NCBI RefSeq assembly: GCF_009914755.1
Contig: NC_060941.1
Length of the DNA: 64,000 nt
From: the human T2T-CHM13v2.0 reference genome, Homo sapiens
Direction: 5' to 3' (one strand)
The notes beneath the pieces were generated by a model, which was not told the origin of the DNA, made no database searches, and saw only the letters and a program-made list of their open reading frames with translations. Position 1 is the stretch's first letter. Each line of letters opens with the position of its first letter. Shown here in pieces: positions 1-11,600 of this stretch. A program made the position numbers and the translations under genes.

Positions 1-274
1 GTTTGTGTTCAACTCCCAGAGTTTCACATTGCTTTTCATAGAGTAGTTCTGAAACATGCTTTTCGTAGTGTCTACAAGTGGACATTTGGAGCGCTTTCAG
101 GCCTGTGGTGGAAAACGAATTATGGTCACATAAAAACTGGAGAGAAGCATTGTCAGAAACTTCTTTGTGATGATTGCATTCAACTCACAGAGTTGAAGGT
201 TCCTTTTCAAAGAGCAGTTTCCAATCACTCTTTGTGTGGAATCTGCAAGTGGATATTTGGACCTATTTTGAAGA

Positions 275-291
275 TTTCGTTGGAAACGGGA
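275..291 (+). promoter_or_regulatory. CENP-B box (intact), U1; repeated in every HOR
   Basis: TTTCGTTGGAAACGGGA matches NTTCGNNNNANNCGGGN. Confidence 0.95.
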
Positions 292-787
292 GAATCTTCA
301 CAGGAAAGCTAAACAGAAGCATTCTCAGAAACTTCTTTGTGATGCTTGCATTCAACTCACAGAGTTGAACTTTCCTTTCGAGAGAGAAGCTTTGAAACAC
401 TCTTTTTCCAGAATCTGCAAGTGGACATTTGGAGGGCTTTGAGGCCTGTGGTGGAAAAGGAATTATCTTCCTGTAAAAGCTAGATAGAAGCATTCTCAGA
501 AACTACTTTGTGATGATTGCATTCAAGTCACAGAGTTGAACATTCCCTTTGACAGAGCAGTTTGGAAACTCTCTTTGTGTAGAATCTGCAAGTGGAGATA
601 TGGACCGCTTTGAGGCCTATGGTAGTAAAGGAAATAGCTTCATATAAAAGCTAGACAGTAGCATTCACAGAAAACTCTTGGTGACGACTGAGTTTAACTC
701 ACAGAGCTGAACATTCCTTTGGATGGAGCAGTTTCGAAACACACTATTTGTAGAATGTGCAAGTGGATATTTGGGCCTCTCTGAGGA

Positions 788-804
788 TTTCGTTGGAAAC
801 GGGA
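788..804 (+). promoter_or_regulatory. CENP-B box (intact), U1; repeated in every HOR
   Basis: TTTCGTTGGAAACGGGA. Confidence 0.95.
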
Positions 805-954
805 TAAACCGCACAGAACTAAACAGAAGCATTCTCAGAACCTTCTTCGTGATGTTTGCATTCAACTCACAGTGTTGAACCTTTCTTTGATAGTTCAGGT
901 TTGAAACGGTCTTTCTGTAGAAACTGCAAGTAGATATTTGGACCTCTCTGAGGA

Positions 955-971
955 TTTCGTTGGAAACGGGA
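955..971 (+). promoter_or_regulatory. CENP-B box (intact), U1; deleted in the 14-mer
   Basis: TTTCGTTGGAAACGGGA. Confidence 0.95.
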
Positions 972-1122
972 TAACCCGCACAGAACTAAAACAGAAGCAT
1001 TCTCAGAACCCTCTTCGTGATGTTTGCATTCAACTCACAGTGCTGAACCTTTCTTTGATAGTTCAGCTTTGAAACACTCTTTTTGTAGAAACTGCAAGTG
1101 GATATTTGGTCCTCTCTGAGGA

Positions 1123-1139
1123 TTTCGTTGGAAACGGGA
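1123..1139 (+). promoter_or_regulatory. CENP-B box (intact), U1; deleted in the 14-mer and mutated in U11
   Basis: TTTCGTTGGAAACGGGA. Confidence 0.95.
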
Positions 1140-1459
1140 TAAACTGCACAGAACTAAACAGAAGCATTCTCAGAACCTTCTTCGTGATGTCTGCATTCAA
1201 CTCACAGTGTGGAACCTTTCTTTGATAGTTCAGGTTTGAAACACTCTTTTTGTAGAAACTGCAAGGGGATAATTGCACTCTTTGAGGAGTACCGTAGTAA
1301 AGGAAATAACTTCCTATAAAAAGAAGACAGAAGCTTTCTCAGAAAATTCTTTGGGATGATTGAGTTGAACTCACAGAGCTGAGCATTCCTTGCGATGTAG
1401 CAGTTTAGAAACACACTTTCTGCAGAATCTGCAAGTGCATATTTGCACCTCTGTGAGGA

Positions 1460-1476
1460 ATTCGTTGGAAACGGGA
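1460..1476 (+). promoter_or_regulatory. CENP-B box (intact) overlapping the HOR-defining EcoRI site (GAATTC 1458-1463)
   Basis: GA-ATTCGTTGGAAACGGGA; all nine core positions are intact. Confidence 0.93.
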
Positions 1477-1625
1477 TAATTTCAGCTGACTAAACAGAAG
1501 CAGTCTCAGAATCTTCTTTGTGATGTTTGCATTCAAATCCCCGAGTTGAACTTTCCTTTCAAAGTTCACGTTTGAAACACTCTTTTTGCAGGATCTACAA
1601 GTGGATATTTGGACCACTCTGTGTC

Positions 1626-1642
1626 CTTCGTTCGAAACGGGT
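1626..1642 (+). promoter_or_regulatory. CENP-B box (intact, variant spacer with a third CpG)
   Basis: CTTCGTTCGAAACGGGT matches NTTCGNNNNANNCGGGN. Confidence 0.9.
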
Positions 1643-1796
1643 ATATCTTCACATGACATCCAGACAGAAGCATCCTCAGAAGCTTCTCTGTGATGACTGC
1701 ATTCAACTCACGGAGTTGAACACTCCTTTTGAGAGCGCAGTTTTGAAACTCTCTTTCTGTGGCATCTGCAAGGGGACATGTAGACCTCTTTGAAGA

Positions 1797-1813
1797 TTTC
1801 GTTGGAAACGGAA
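1797..1813 (+). promoter_or_regulatory. Degenerate CENP-B box (CGGG->CGGA), fixed in all HORs
   Basis: TTTCGTTGGAAACGGAA; one core base is altered. Confidence 0.85.
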
Positions 1814-2309
1814 TCATCTTCACATAAAAACTATACAGATGCATTCTCAGGAACTTTTTGGTGATGTTTGTATTCAACTCCCAGAGTTGAACTTTCCTTT
1901 GGAAAGAGCAGCTATGAAACACTCTTTTTCTAGAATCTGCAAGTGGACGTTTGGAGGGCTTTGTGGTTTGTGGTGGAAAAGGAAATATCTTCACCTAAAT
2001 ACTAGATAGAAGCATTCTCAGAAACTGCTTTGTGATGATTGCATTCACCTCACAGAGTTGAACATTCCTATTGATAGAGCAGTTTGGAAACACTCTTGTT
2101 GTGGAATGTGCAAGTGGAGATTTGGAGCGCTTTGAGGCCTATGGTAGTAAAGGGAATAGCTTCATAGAAAAACTAGACAGAAGCATTCTCAGAAAATACT
2201 TTGTGATGATTGAGTTTAACTCACAGAGCTGAACATTCCTTTGGATGGAGCAGGTTTGAGACACACCTTTTGTAGAATCTACAAGTGGATATTTGGACCT
2301 CTCTGAGGA

Positions 2310-2326
2310 TTTCGTTGGAAACGGGA
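2310..2326 (+). promoter_or_regulatory. CENP-B box (intact), U1; repeated in every full HOR
   Basis: TTTCGTTGGAAACGGGA. Confidence 0.95.
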
Positions 2327-2475
2327 TAACTGCACCTAACTAAACGGAAGCATTCTCAGAAACTTCTTGGTGATGTTTGCATTCAAATCCCAGAGTTGAA
2401 CCTTCCTTTGATAGTTCAGGTTTGAAACACTCTTTTTGTAGGATCTGCAAGTGGATATTTGGACCACTCTGTGGC

Positions 2476-2492
2476 CTTCGTTCGAAACGGGT
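2476..2492 (+). promoter_or_regulatory. CENP-B box (intact, variant spacer with a third CpG)
   Basis: CTTCGTTCGAAACGGGT. Confidence 0.9.
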
Positions 2493-2646
2493 ATATCTTC
2501 GCATAAAATCTAGACAGAAGCCTTCTCAGAAACTTCTCTGTGATGATTGCATTCAACTCACAGAGTTGAACCCTCCTATGGATAGAGCAGTGTTGAAACT
2601 CTCTTTTTGTGGAATCTGCAAGTGGATATGTGGACCTCTCCGAAGA

Positions 2647-2663
2647 TGTCTTTGGAAACGGGA
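2647..2663 (+). promoter_or_regulatory. Degenerate CENP-B box (TTCG->GTCT), fixed in all full HORs
   Basis: TGTCTTTGGAAACGGGA; the 5' core is lost. Confidence 0.85.
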
Positions 2664-5600
2664 ATATCTTCACATAAAAACTAAACAGAAGCATTCTCAG
2701 AAACTTCTCTGTGATGTTTGTGTTCAACTCCCAGAGTTTCACATTGCTTTTCATAGAGTAGTTCTGAAACATGCTTTTCGTAGTGTCTACAAGTGGACAT
2801 TTGGAGCGCTTTCAGGCCTGTGGTGGAAAACGAATTATGGTCACATAAAAACTGGAGAGAAGCATTGTCAGAAACTTCTTTGTGATGATTGCATTCAACT
2901 CACAGAGTTGAAGGTTCCTTTTCAAAGAGCAGTTTCCAATCACTCTTTGTGTGGAATCTGCAAGTGGATATTTGGACCTATTTTGAAGATTTCGTTGGAA
3001 ACGGGAGAATCTTCACAGGAAAGCTAAACAGAAGCATTCTCAGAAACTTCTTTGTGATGCTTGCATTCAACTCACAGAGTTGAACTTTCCTTTCGAGAGA
3101 GAAGCTTTGAAACACTCTTTTTCCAGAATCTGCAAGTGGACATTTGGAGGGCTTTGAGGCCTGTGGTGGAAAAGGAATTATCTTCCCGTAAAAGCTAGAT
3201 AGAAGCATTCTCAGAAACTACTTTGTGATGATTGCATTCAAGTCACAGAGTTGAACATTCCCTTTGACAGAGCAGTTTGGAAACTCTCTTTGTGTAGAAT
3301 CTGCAAGTGGAGATATGGACCGCTTTGAGGCCTATGGTAGTAAAGGAAATAGCTTCATATAAAAGCTAGACAGTAGCATTCACAGAAAACTCTTGGTGAC
3401 GACTGAGTTTAACTCACAGAGCTGAACATTCCTTTGGATGGAGCAGTTTCGAAACACACTATTTGTAGAATGTGCAAGTGGATATTTAGGCCTCTCTGAG
3501 GATTTCGTTGGAAACGGGATAAACCGCACAGAACTAAACAGAAGCATTCTCAGAACCTTCTTCGTGATGTTTGCATTCAACTCACAGTGTTGAACCTTTC
3601 TTTGATAGTTCAGGTTTGAAACGGTCTTTCTGTAGAAACTGCAAGTAGATATTTGGACCTCTCTGAGGATTTCGTTGGAAACGGGATAACCCGCACAGAA
3701 CTAAAACAGAAGCATTCTCAGAACCCTCTTCGTGATGTTTGCATTCAACTCACAGTGCTGAACCTTTCTTTGATAGTTCAGCTTTGAAACACTCTTTTTG
3801 TAGAAACTGCAAGTGGATATTTGGTCCTCTCTGAGCATTTCGTTGGAAACGGGATAAACTGCACAGAACTAAACAGAAGCATTCTCAGAACCTTCTTCGT
3901 GATGTCTGCATTCAACTCACAGTGTGGAACCTTTCTTTGATAGTTCAGGTTTGAAACACTCTTTTTGTAGAAACTGCAAGGGGATAATTGCACTCTTTGA
4001 GGAGTACCGTAGTAAAGGAAATAACTTCCTATAAAAAGAAGACAGAAGCTTTCTCAGAAAATTCTTTGGGATGATTGAGTTGAACTCACAGAGCTGAGCA
4101 TTCCTTGCGATGTAGCAGTTTAGAAACACACTTTCTGCAGAATCTGCAAGTGCATATTTGGACCTCTGTGAGGAATTCGTTGGAAACGGGATAATTTCAG
4201 CTGACTAAACAGAAGCAGTCTCAGAATCTTCTTTGTGATGTTTGCATTCAAATCCCCGAGTTGAACTTTCCTTTCAAAGTTCACGTTTGAAACACTCTTT
4301 TTGCAGGATCTACAAGTGGATATTTGGACCACTCTGTGTCCTTCGTTCGAAACGGGTATATCTTCACATGACATCTAGACAGAAGCATCCTCAGAAGCTT
4401 CTCTGTGATGACTGCATTCAACTCACGGAGTTGAACACTCCTTTTGAGAGCGCAGTTTTGAAACTCTCTTTCTGTGGCATCTGCAAGGGGACATGTAGAC
4501 CTCTTTGAAGATTTCGTTGGAAACGGAATCATCTTCACATAAAAACTATACAGATGCATTCTCAGGAACTTTTTGGTGATGTTTGTATTCAACTCCCAGA
4601 GTTGAACTTTCCTTTGGAAAGAGCAGCTATGAAACACTGTTTTTCTAGAATCTGCAAGTGGACGTTTGGAGGGCTTTGTGGTTTGTGGTGGAAAAGGAAA
4701 TATCTTCACCTAAATACTAGATAGAAGCATTCTCAGAAACTGCTTTGTGATGATTGCATTCACCTCACAGAGTTGAACATTCCTATTGATAGAGCAGTTT
4801 GGAAACACTCTTGTTGTGGAATGTGCAAGTGGAGATTTGGAGCGCTTTGAGGCCTATGGTAGTAAAGGGAATAGCTTCATAGAAAAACTAGACAGAAGCA
4901 TTCTCAGAAAATACTTTGTGATGATTGAGTTTAACTCACAGAGCTGAACATTCCTTTGGATGGAGCAGGTTTGAGACACACCTTTTGTAGAATCTACAAG
5001 TGGATATTTGGACCTCTCTGAGGATTTCGTTGGAAACGGGATAACTGCACCTAACTAAACGGAAGCATTCTCAGAAACTTCTTGGTGATGTTTGCATTCA
5101 AATCCCAGAGTTGAACCTTCCTTTGATAGTTCAGGTTTGAAACACTCTTTTTGTAGGATCTGCAAGTGGATATTTGGACCACTCTGTGGCCTTCGTTCGA
5201 AACGGGTATATCTTCGCATAAAATCTAGACAGAAGCCTTCTCAGAAACTTCTCTGTGATGATTGCATTCAACTCACAGAGTTGAACCCTCCTATGGATAG
5301 AGCAGTGTTGAAACTCTCTTTTTGTGGAATCTGCAAGTGGATATGTGGACCTCTCCGAAGATGTCTTTGGAAACGGGAATATCTTCACATAAAAACTAAA
5401 CAGAAGCATTCTCAGAAACTTCTCTGTGATGTTTGTGTTCAACTCCCAGAGTTTCACATTGCTTTTCATAGAGTAGTTCTGAAACATGCTTTTCGTAGTG
5501 TCTACAAGTGGACATTTGGAGCGCTTTCAGGCCTGTGGTGGAAAACGAATTATGGTCACATAAAAACTGGAGAGAAGCATTGTCAGAAACTTCTTTGTGA

Positions 5601-8600
5601 TGATTGCATTCAACTCACAGAGTTGAAGGTTCCTTTTCAAAGAGCAGTTTCCAATCACTCTTTGTGTGGAATCTGCAAGTGGATATTTGGACCTATTTTG
5701 AAGATTTCGTTGGAAACGGGAGAATCTTCACAGGAAAGCTAAACAGAAGCATTCTCAGAAACTTCTTTGTGATGCTTGCATTCAACTCACAGAGTTGAAC
5801 TTTCCTTTCGAGAGAGAAGCTTTGAAACACTCTTTTTCCAGAATCTGCAAGTGGACATTTGGAGGGCTTTGAGGCCTGTGGTGGAAAAGGAATTATCTTC
5901 CCGTAAAAGCTAGATAGAAGCATTCTCAGAAACTACTTTGTGATGATTGCATTCAAGTCACAGAGTTGAACATTCCCTTTGACAGAGCAGTTTGGAAACT
6001 CTCTTTGTGTAGAATCTGCAAGTGGAGATATGGACCGCTTTGAGGCCTATGGTAGTAAAGGAAATAGCTTCATATAAAAGCTAGACAGTAGCATTCACAG
6101 AAAACTCTTGGTGACGACTGAGTTTAACTCACAGAGCTGAACATTCCTTTGGATGGAGCAGTTTCGAAACACACTATTTGTAGAATGTGCAAGTGGATAT
6201 TTAGGCCTCTCTGAGGATTTCGTTGGAAACGGGATAAACCGCACAGAACTAAACAGAAGCATTCTCAGAACCTTCTTCGTGATGTTTGCATTCAACTCAC
6301 AGTGTTGAACCTTTCTTTGATAGTTCAGGTTTGAAACGGTCTTTCTGTAGAAACTGCAAGTAGATATTTGGACCTCTCTGAGGATTTCGTTGGAAACGGG
6401 ATAACCCGCACAGAACTAAAACAGAAGCATTCTCAGAACCCTCTTCGTGATGTTTGCATTCAACTCACAGTGCTGAACCTTTCTTTGATAGTTCAGCTTT
6501 GAAACACTCTTTTTGTAGAAACTGCAAGTGGATATTTGGTCCTCTCTGAGCATTTCGTTGGAAACGGGATAAACTGCACAGAACTAAACAGAAGCATTCT
6601 CAGAACCTTCTTCGTGATGTCTGCATTCAACTCACAGTGTGGAACCTTTCTTTGATAGTTCAGGTTTGAAACACTCTTTTTGTAGAAACTGCAAGGGGAT
6701 AATTGCACTCTTTGAGGAGTACCGTAGTAAAGGAAATAACTTCCTATAAAAAGAAGACAGAAGCTTTCTCAGAAAATTCTTTGGGATGATTGAGTTGAAC
6801 TCACAGAGCTGAGCATTCCTTGCGATGTAGCAGTTTAGAAACACACTTTCTGCAGAATCTGCAAGTGCATATTTGGACCTCTGTGAGGAATTCGTTGGAA
6901 ACGGGATAATTTCAGCTGACTAAACAGAAGCAGTCTCAGAATCTTCTTTGTGATGTTTGCATTCAAATCCCCGAGTTGAACTTTCCTTTCAAAGTTCACG
7001 TTTGAAACACTCTTTTTGCAGGATCTACAAGTGGATATTTGGACCACTCTGTGTCCTTCGTTCGAAACGGGTATATCTTCACATGACATCTAGACAGAAG
7101 CATCCTCAGAAGCTTCTCTGTGATGACTGCATTCAACTCACGGAGTTGAACACTCCTTTTGAGAGCGCAGTTTTGAAACTCTCTTTCTGTGGCATCTGCA
7201 AGGGGACATGTAGACCTCTTTGAAGATTTCGTTGGAAACGGAATCATCTTCACATAAAAACTATACAGATGCATTCTCAGGAACTTTTTGGTGATGTTTG
7301 TATTCAACTCCCAGAGTTGAACTTTCCTTTGGAAAGAGCAGCTATGAAACACTCTTTTTCTAGAATCTGCAAGTGGACGTTTGGAGGGCTTTGTGGTTTG
7401 TGGTGGAAAAGGAAATATCTTCACCTAAATACTAGATAGAAGCATTCTCAGAAACTGCTTTGTGATGATTGCATTCACCTCACAGAGTTGAACATTCCTA
7501 CTGATAGAGCAGTTTGGAAACACTCTTGTTGTGGAATGTGCAAGTGGAGATTTGGAGCGCTTTGAGGCCTATGGTAGTAAAGGGAATAGCTTCATAGAAA
7601 AACTAGACAGAAGCATTCTCAGAAAATACTTTGTGATGATTGAGTTTAACTCACAGAGCTGAACATTCCTTTGGATGGAGCAGGTTTGAGACACACCTTT
7701 TGTAGAATCTACAAGTGGATATTTGGACCTCTCTGAGGATTTCGTTGGAAACGGGATAACTGCACCTAACTAAACGGAAGCATTCTCAGAAACTTCTTGG
7801 TGATGTTTGCATTCAAATCCCAGAGTTGAACCTTCCTTTGATAGTTCAGGTTTGAAACACTCTTTTTGTAGGATCTGCAAGTGGATATTTGGACCACTCT
7901 GTGGCCTTCGTTCGAAACGGGTATATCTTCGCATAAAATCTAGACAGAAGCCTTCTCAGAAACTTCTCTGTGGTGATTGCATTCAACTCACAGAGTTGAA
8001 CCCTCCTATGGATAGAGCAGTGTTGAAACTCTCTTTTTGTGGAATCTGCAAGTGGATATGTGGACCTCTCCGAAGATGTCTTTGGAAACGGGAATATCTT
8101 CACATAAAAACTAAACAGAAGCATTCTCAGAAACTTCTCTGTGATGTTTGTGTTCAACTCCCAGAGTTTCACATTGCTTTTCATAGAGTAGTTCTGAAAC
8201 ATGCTTTTCGTAGTGTCTACAAGTGGACATTTGGAGCGCTTTCAGGCCTGTGGTGGAAAACGAATTATGGTCACATAAAAACTGGAGAGAAGCATTGTCA
8301 GAAACTTCTTTGTGATGATTGCATTCAACTCACAGAGTTGAAGGTTCCTTTTCAAAGAGCAGTTTCCAATCACTCTTTCTGTGGAATCTGCAAGTGGATA
8401 TTTGGACCTATTTTGAAGATTTCGTTGGAAACGGGAGAATCTTCACAGGAAAGCTAAACAGAAGCATTCTCAGAAACTTCTTTGTGATGCTTGCATTCAA
8501 CTCACAGAGTTGAACTTTCCTTTCGAGAGAGAAGCTTTGAAACACTCTTTTTCCAGAATCTGCAAGTGGACATTTGGAGGGCTTTGAGGCCTGTGGTGGA

Positions 8601-11600
8601 AAAGGAATTATCTTCCCGTAAAAGCTAGATAGAAGCATTCTCAGAAACTACTTTGTGATGATTGCATTCAAGTCACAGAGTTGAACATTCCCTTTGACAG
8701 AGCAGTTTGGAAACTCTCTTTGTGTAGAATCTGCAAGTGGAGATATGGACCGCTTTGAGGCCTATGGTAGTAAAGGAAATAGCTTCATATAAAAGCTAGA
8801 CAGTAGCATTCACAGAAAACTCTTGGTGACGACTGAGTTTAACTCACAGAGCTGAACATTCCTTTGGATGGAGCAGTTTCGAAACACACTATTTGTAGAA
8901 TGTGCAAGTGGATATTTGGGCCTCTCTGAGGATTTCGTTGGAAACGGGATAAACCGCACAGAACTAAACAGAAGCATTCTCAGAACCTTCTTCGTGATGT
9001 TTGCATTCAACTCACAGTGTTGAACCTTTCTTTGATAGTTCAGGTTTGAAACGGTCTTTCTGTAGAAACTGCAAGTAGATATTTGGACCTCTCTGAGGAT
9101 TTCGTTGGAAACGGGATAACCCGCACAGAACTAAAACAGAAGCATTCTCAGAACCCTCTTCGTGATGTTTGCATTCAACTCACAGTGCTGAACCTTTCTT
9201 TGATAGTTCAGCTTTGAAACACTCTTTTTGTAGAAACTGCAAGTGGATATTTGGTCCTCTCTGAGGATTTCGTTGGAAACGGGATAAACTGCACAGAACT
9301 AAACAGAAGCATTCTCAGAACCTTCTTCGTGATGTCTGCATTCAACTCACAGTGTGGAACCTTTCTTTGATAGTTCAGGTTTGAAACACTCTTTTTGTAG
9401 AAACTGCAAGGGGATAATTGCACTCTTTGAGGAGTACCGTAGTAAAGGAAATAACTTCCTATAAAAAGAAGACAGAAGCTTTCTCAGAAAATTCTTTGGG
9501 ATGATTGAGTTGAACTCACAGAGCTGAGCATTCCTTGCGATGTAGCAGTTTAGAAACACACTTTCTGCAGAATCTGCAAGTGCATATTTGGACCTCTGTG
9601 AGGAATTCGTTGGAAACGGGATAATTTCAGCTGACTAAACAGAAGCAGTCTCAGAATCTTCTTTGTGATGTTTGCATTCAAATCCCCGAGTTGAACTTTC
9701 CTTTCAAAGTTCACGTTTGAAACACTCTTTTTGCAGGATCTACAAGTGGATATTTGGACCACTCTGTGTCCTTCGTTCGAAACGGGTATATCTTCACATG
9801 ACATCCAGACAGAAGCATCCTCAGAAGCTTCTCTGTGATGACTGCATTCAACTCACGGAGTTGAACACTCCTTTTGAGAGCGCAGTTTTGAAACTCTCTT
9901 TCTGTGGCATCTGCAAGGGGACATGTAGACCTCTTTGAAGATTTCGTTGGAAACGGAATCATCTTCACATAAAAACTATACAGATGCATTCTCAGGAACT
10001 TTTTGGTGATGTTTGTATTCAACTCCCAGAGTTGAACTTTCCTTTGGAAAGAGCAGCTATGAAACACTGTTTTTCTAGAATCTGCAAGTGGACGTTTGGA
10101 GGGCTTTGTGGTTTGTGGTGGAAAAGGAAATATCTTCACCTAAATACTAGATAGAAGCATTCTCAGAAACTGCTTTGTGATGATTGCATTCACCTCACAG
10201 AGTTGAACATTCCTATTGATAGAGCAGTTTGGAAACACTCTTGTTGTGGAATGTGCAAGTGGAGATTTGGAGCGCTTTGAGGCCTATGGTAGTAAAGGGA
10301 ATAGCTTCATAGAAAAACTAGACAGAAGCATTCTCAGAAAATACTTTGTGATGATTGAGTTTAACTCACAGAGCTGAACATTCCTTTGGATGGAGCAGGT
10401 TTGAGACACACCTTTTGTAGAATCTACAAGTGGATATTTGGACCTCTCTGAGGATTTCGTTGGAAACGGGATAACTGCACCTAACTAAACGGAAGCATTC
10501 TCAGAAACTTCTTGGTGATGTTTGCATTCAAATCCCAGAGTTGAACCTTCCTTTGATAGTTCAGGTTTGAAACACTCTTTTTGTAGGATCTGCAAGTGGA
10601 TATTTGGACCACTCTGTGGCCTTCGTTCGAAACGGGTATATCTTCGCATAAAATCTAGACAGAAGCCTTCTCAGAAACTTCTCTGTGATGATTGCATTCA
10701 ACTCACAGAGTTGAACCCTCCTATGGATAGAGCAGTGTTGAAACTCTCTTTTTGTGGAATCTGCAAGTGGATATGTGGACCTCTCCGAAGATGTCTTTGG
10801 AAACGGGAATATCTTCACATAAAAACTAAACAGAAGCATTCTCAGAAACTTCTCTGTGATGTTTGTGTTCAACTCCCAGAGTTTCACATTGCTTTTCATA
10901 GAGTAGTTCTGAAACATGCTTTTCGTAGTGTCTACAAGTGGACATTTGGAGCGCTTTCAGGCCTGTGGTGGAAAACGAATTATGGTCACATAAAAACTGG
11001 AGAGAAGCATTGTCAGAAACTTCTTTGTGATGATTGCATTCAACTCACAGAGTTGAAGGTTCCTTTTCAAAGAGCAGTTTCCAATCACTCTTTGTGTGGA
11101 ATCTGCAAGTGGATATTTGGACCTATTTTGAAGATTTCGTTGGAAACGGGAGAATCTTCACAGGAAAGCTAAACAGAAGCATTCTCAGAAACTTCTTTGT
11201 GATGCTTGCATTCAACTCACAGAGTTGAACTTTCCTTTCGAGAGAGAAGCTTTGAAACACTCTTTTTCCAGAATCTGCAAGTGGACATTTGGAGGGCTTT
11301 GAGGCCTGTGGTGGAAAAGGAATTATCTTCCCGTAAAAGCTAGATAGAAGCATTCTCAGAAACTACTTTGTGATGATTGCATTCAAGTCACAGAGTTGAA
11401 CATTCCCTTTGACAGAGCAGTTTGGAAACTCTCTTTGTGTAGAATCTGCAAGTGGAGATATGGACCGCTTTGAGGCCTATGGTAGTAAAGGAAATAGCTT
11501 CATATAAAAGCTAGACAGTAGCATTCACAGAAAACTCTTGGTGACGACTGAGTTTAACTCACAGAGCTGAACATTCCTTTGGATGGAGCAGTTTCGAAAC

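Larger units (their letters stand above)
764..1265 (+). repeat. Internal triplication of a short (167-168 bp) monomer within the HOR (shown for U1; present in every 16-mer)
   Basis: Three near-identical blocks 'CCTCTCTGAGGATTTCGTTGGAAACGGGATAA.c.GCACAGAACTAAA(A)CAGAAGCATTCTCAGAACC..CTTCGTGATG...TGTAGAAACTGCAAG' with CENP-B boxes at 788, 955 and 1123 (spacing 167, 168). Boundaries are approximate. Confidence 0.9.

Noticed and set aside
1313-1323. TATA-like CCTATAAAAAG (and CATATAAAAG at ~641)
   Set aside because: These are ordinary variants of the AT-rich alphoid monomer end. No other promoter evidence is visible from sequence.
2377-3027. 216-aa Cys/His-rich ORF repeated in every HOR, superficially zinc-finger-like (CxxC-type motifs)
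   Set aside because: It starts at TTG, not ATG. Its ~57-aa internal repeat is simply 171 bp/3 of alphoid monomers, and it lacks C2H2 spacing. Its persistence reflects >99% HOR identity, not coding constraint.
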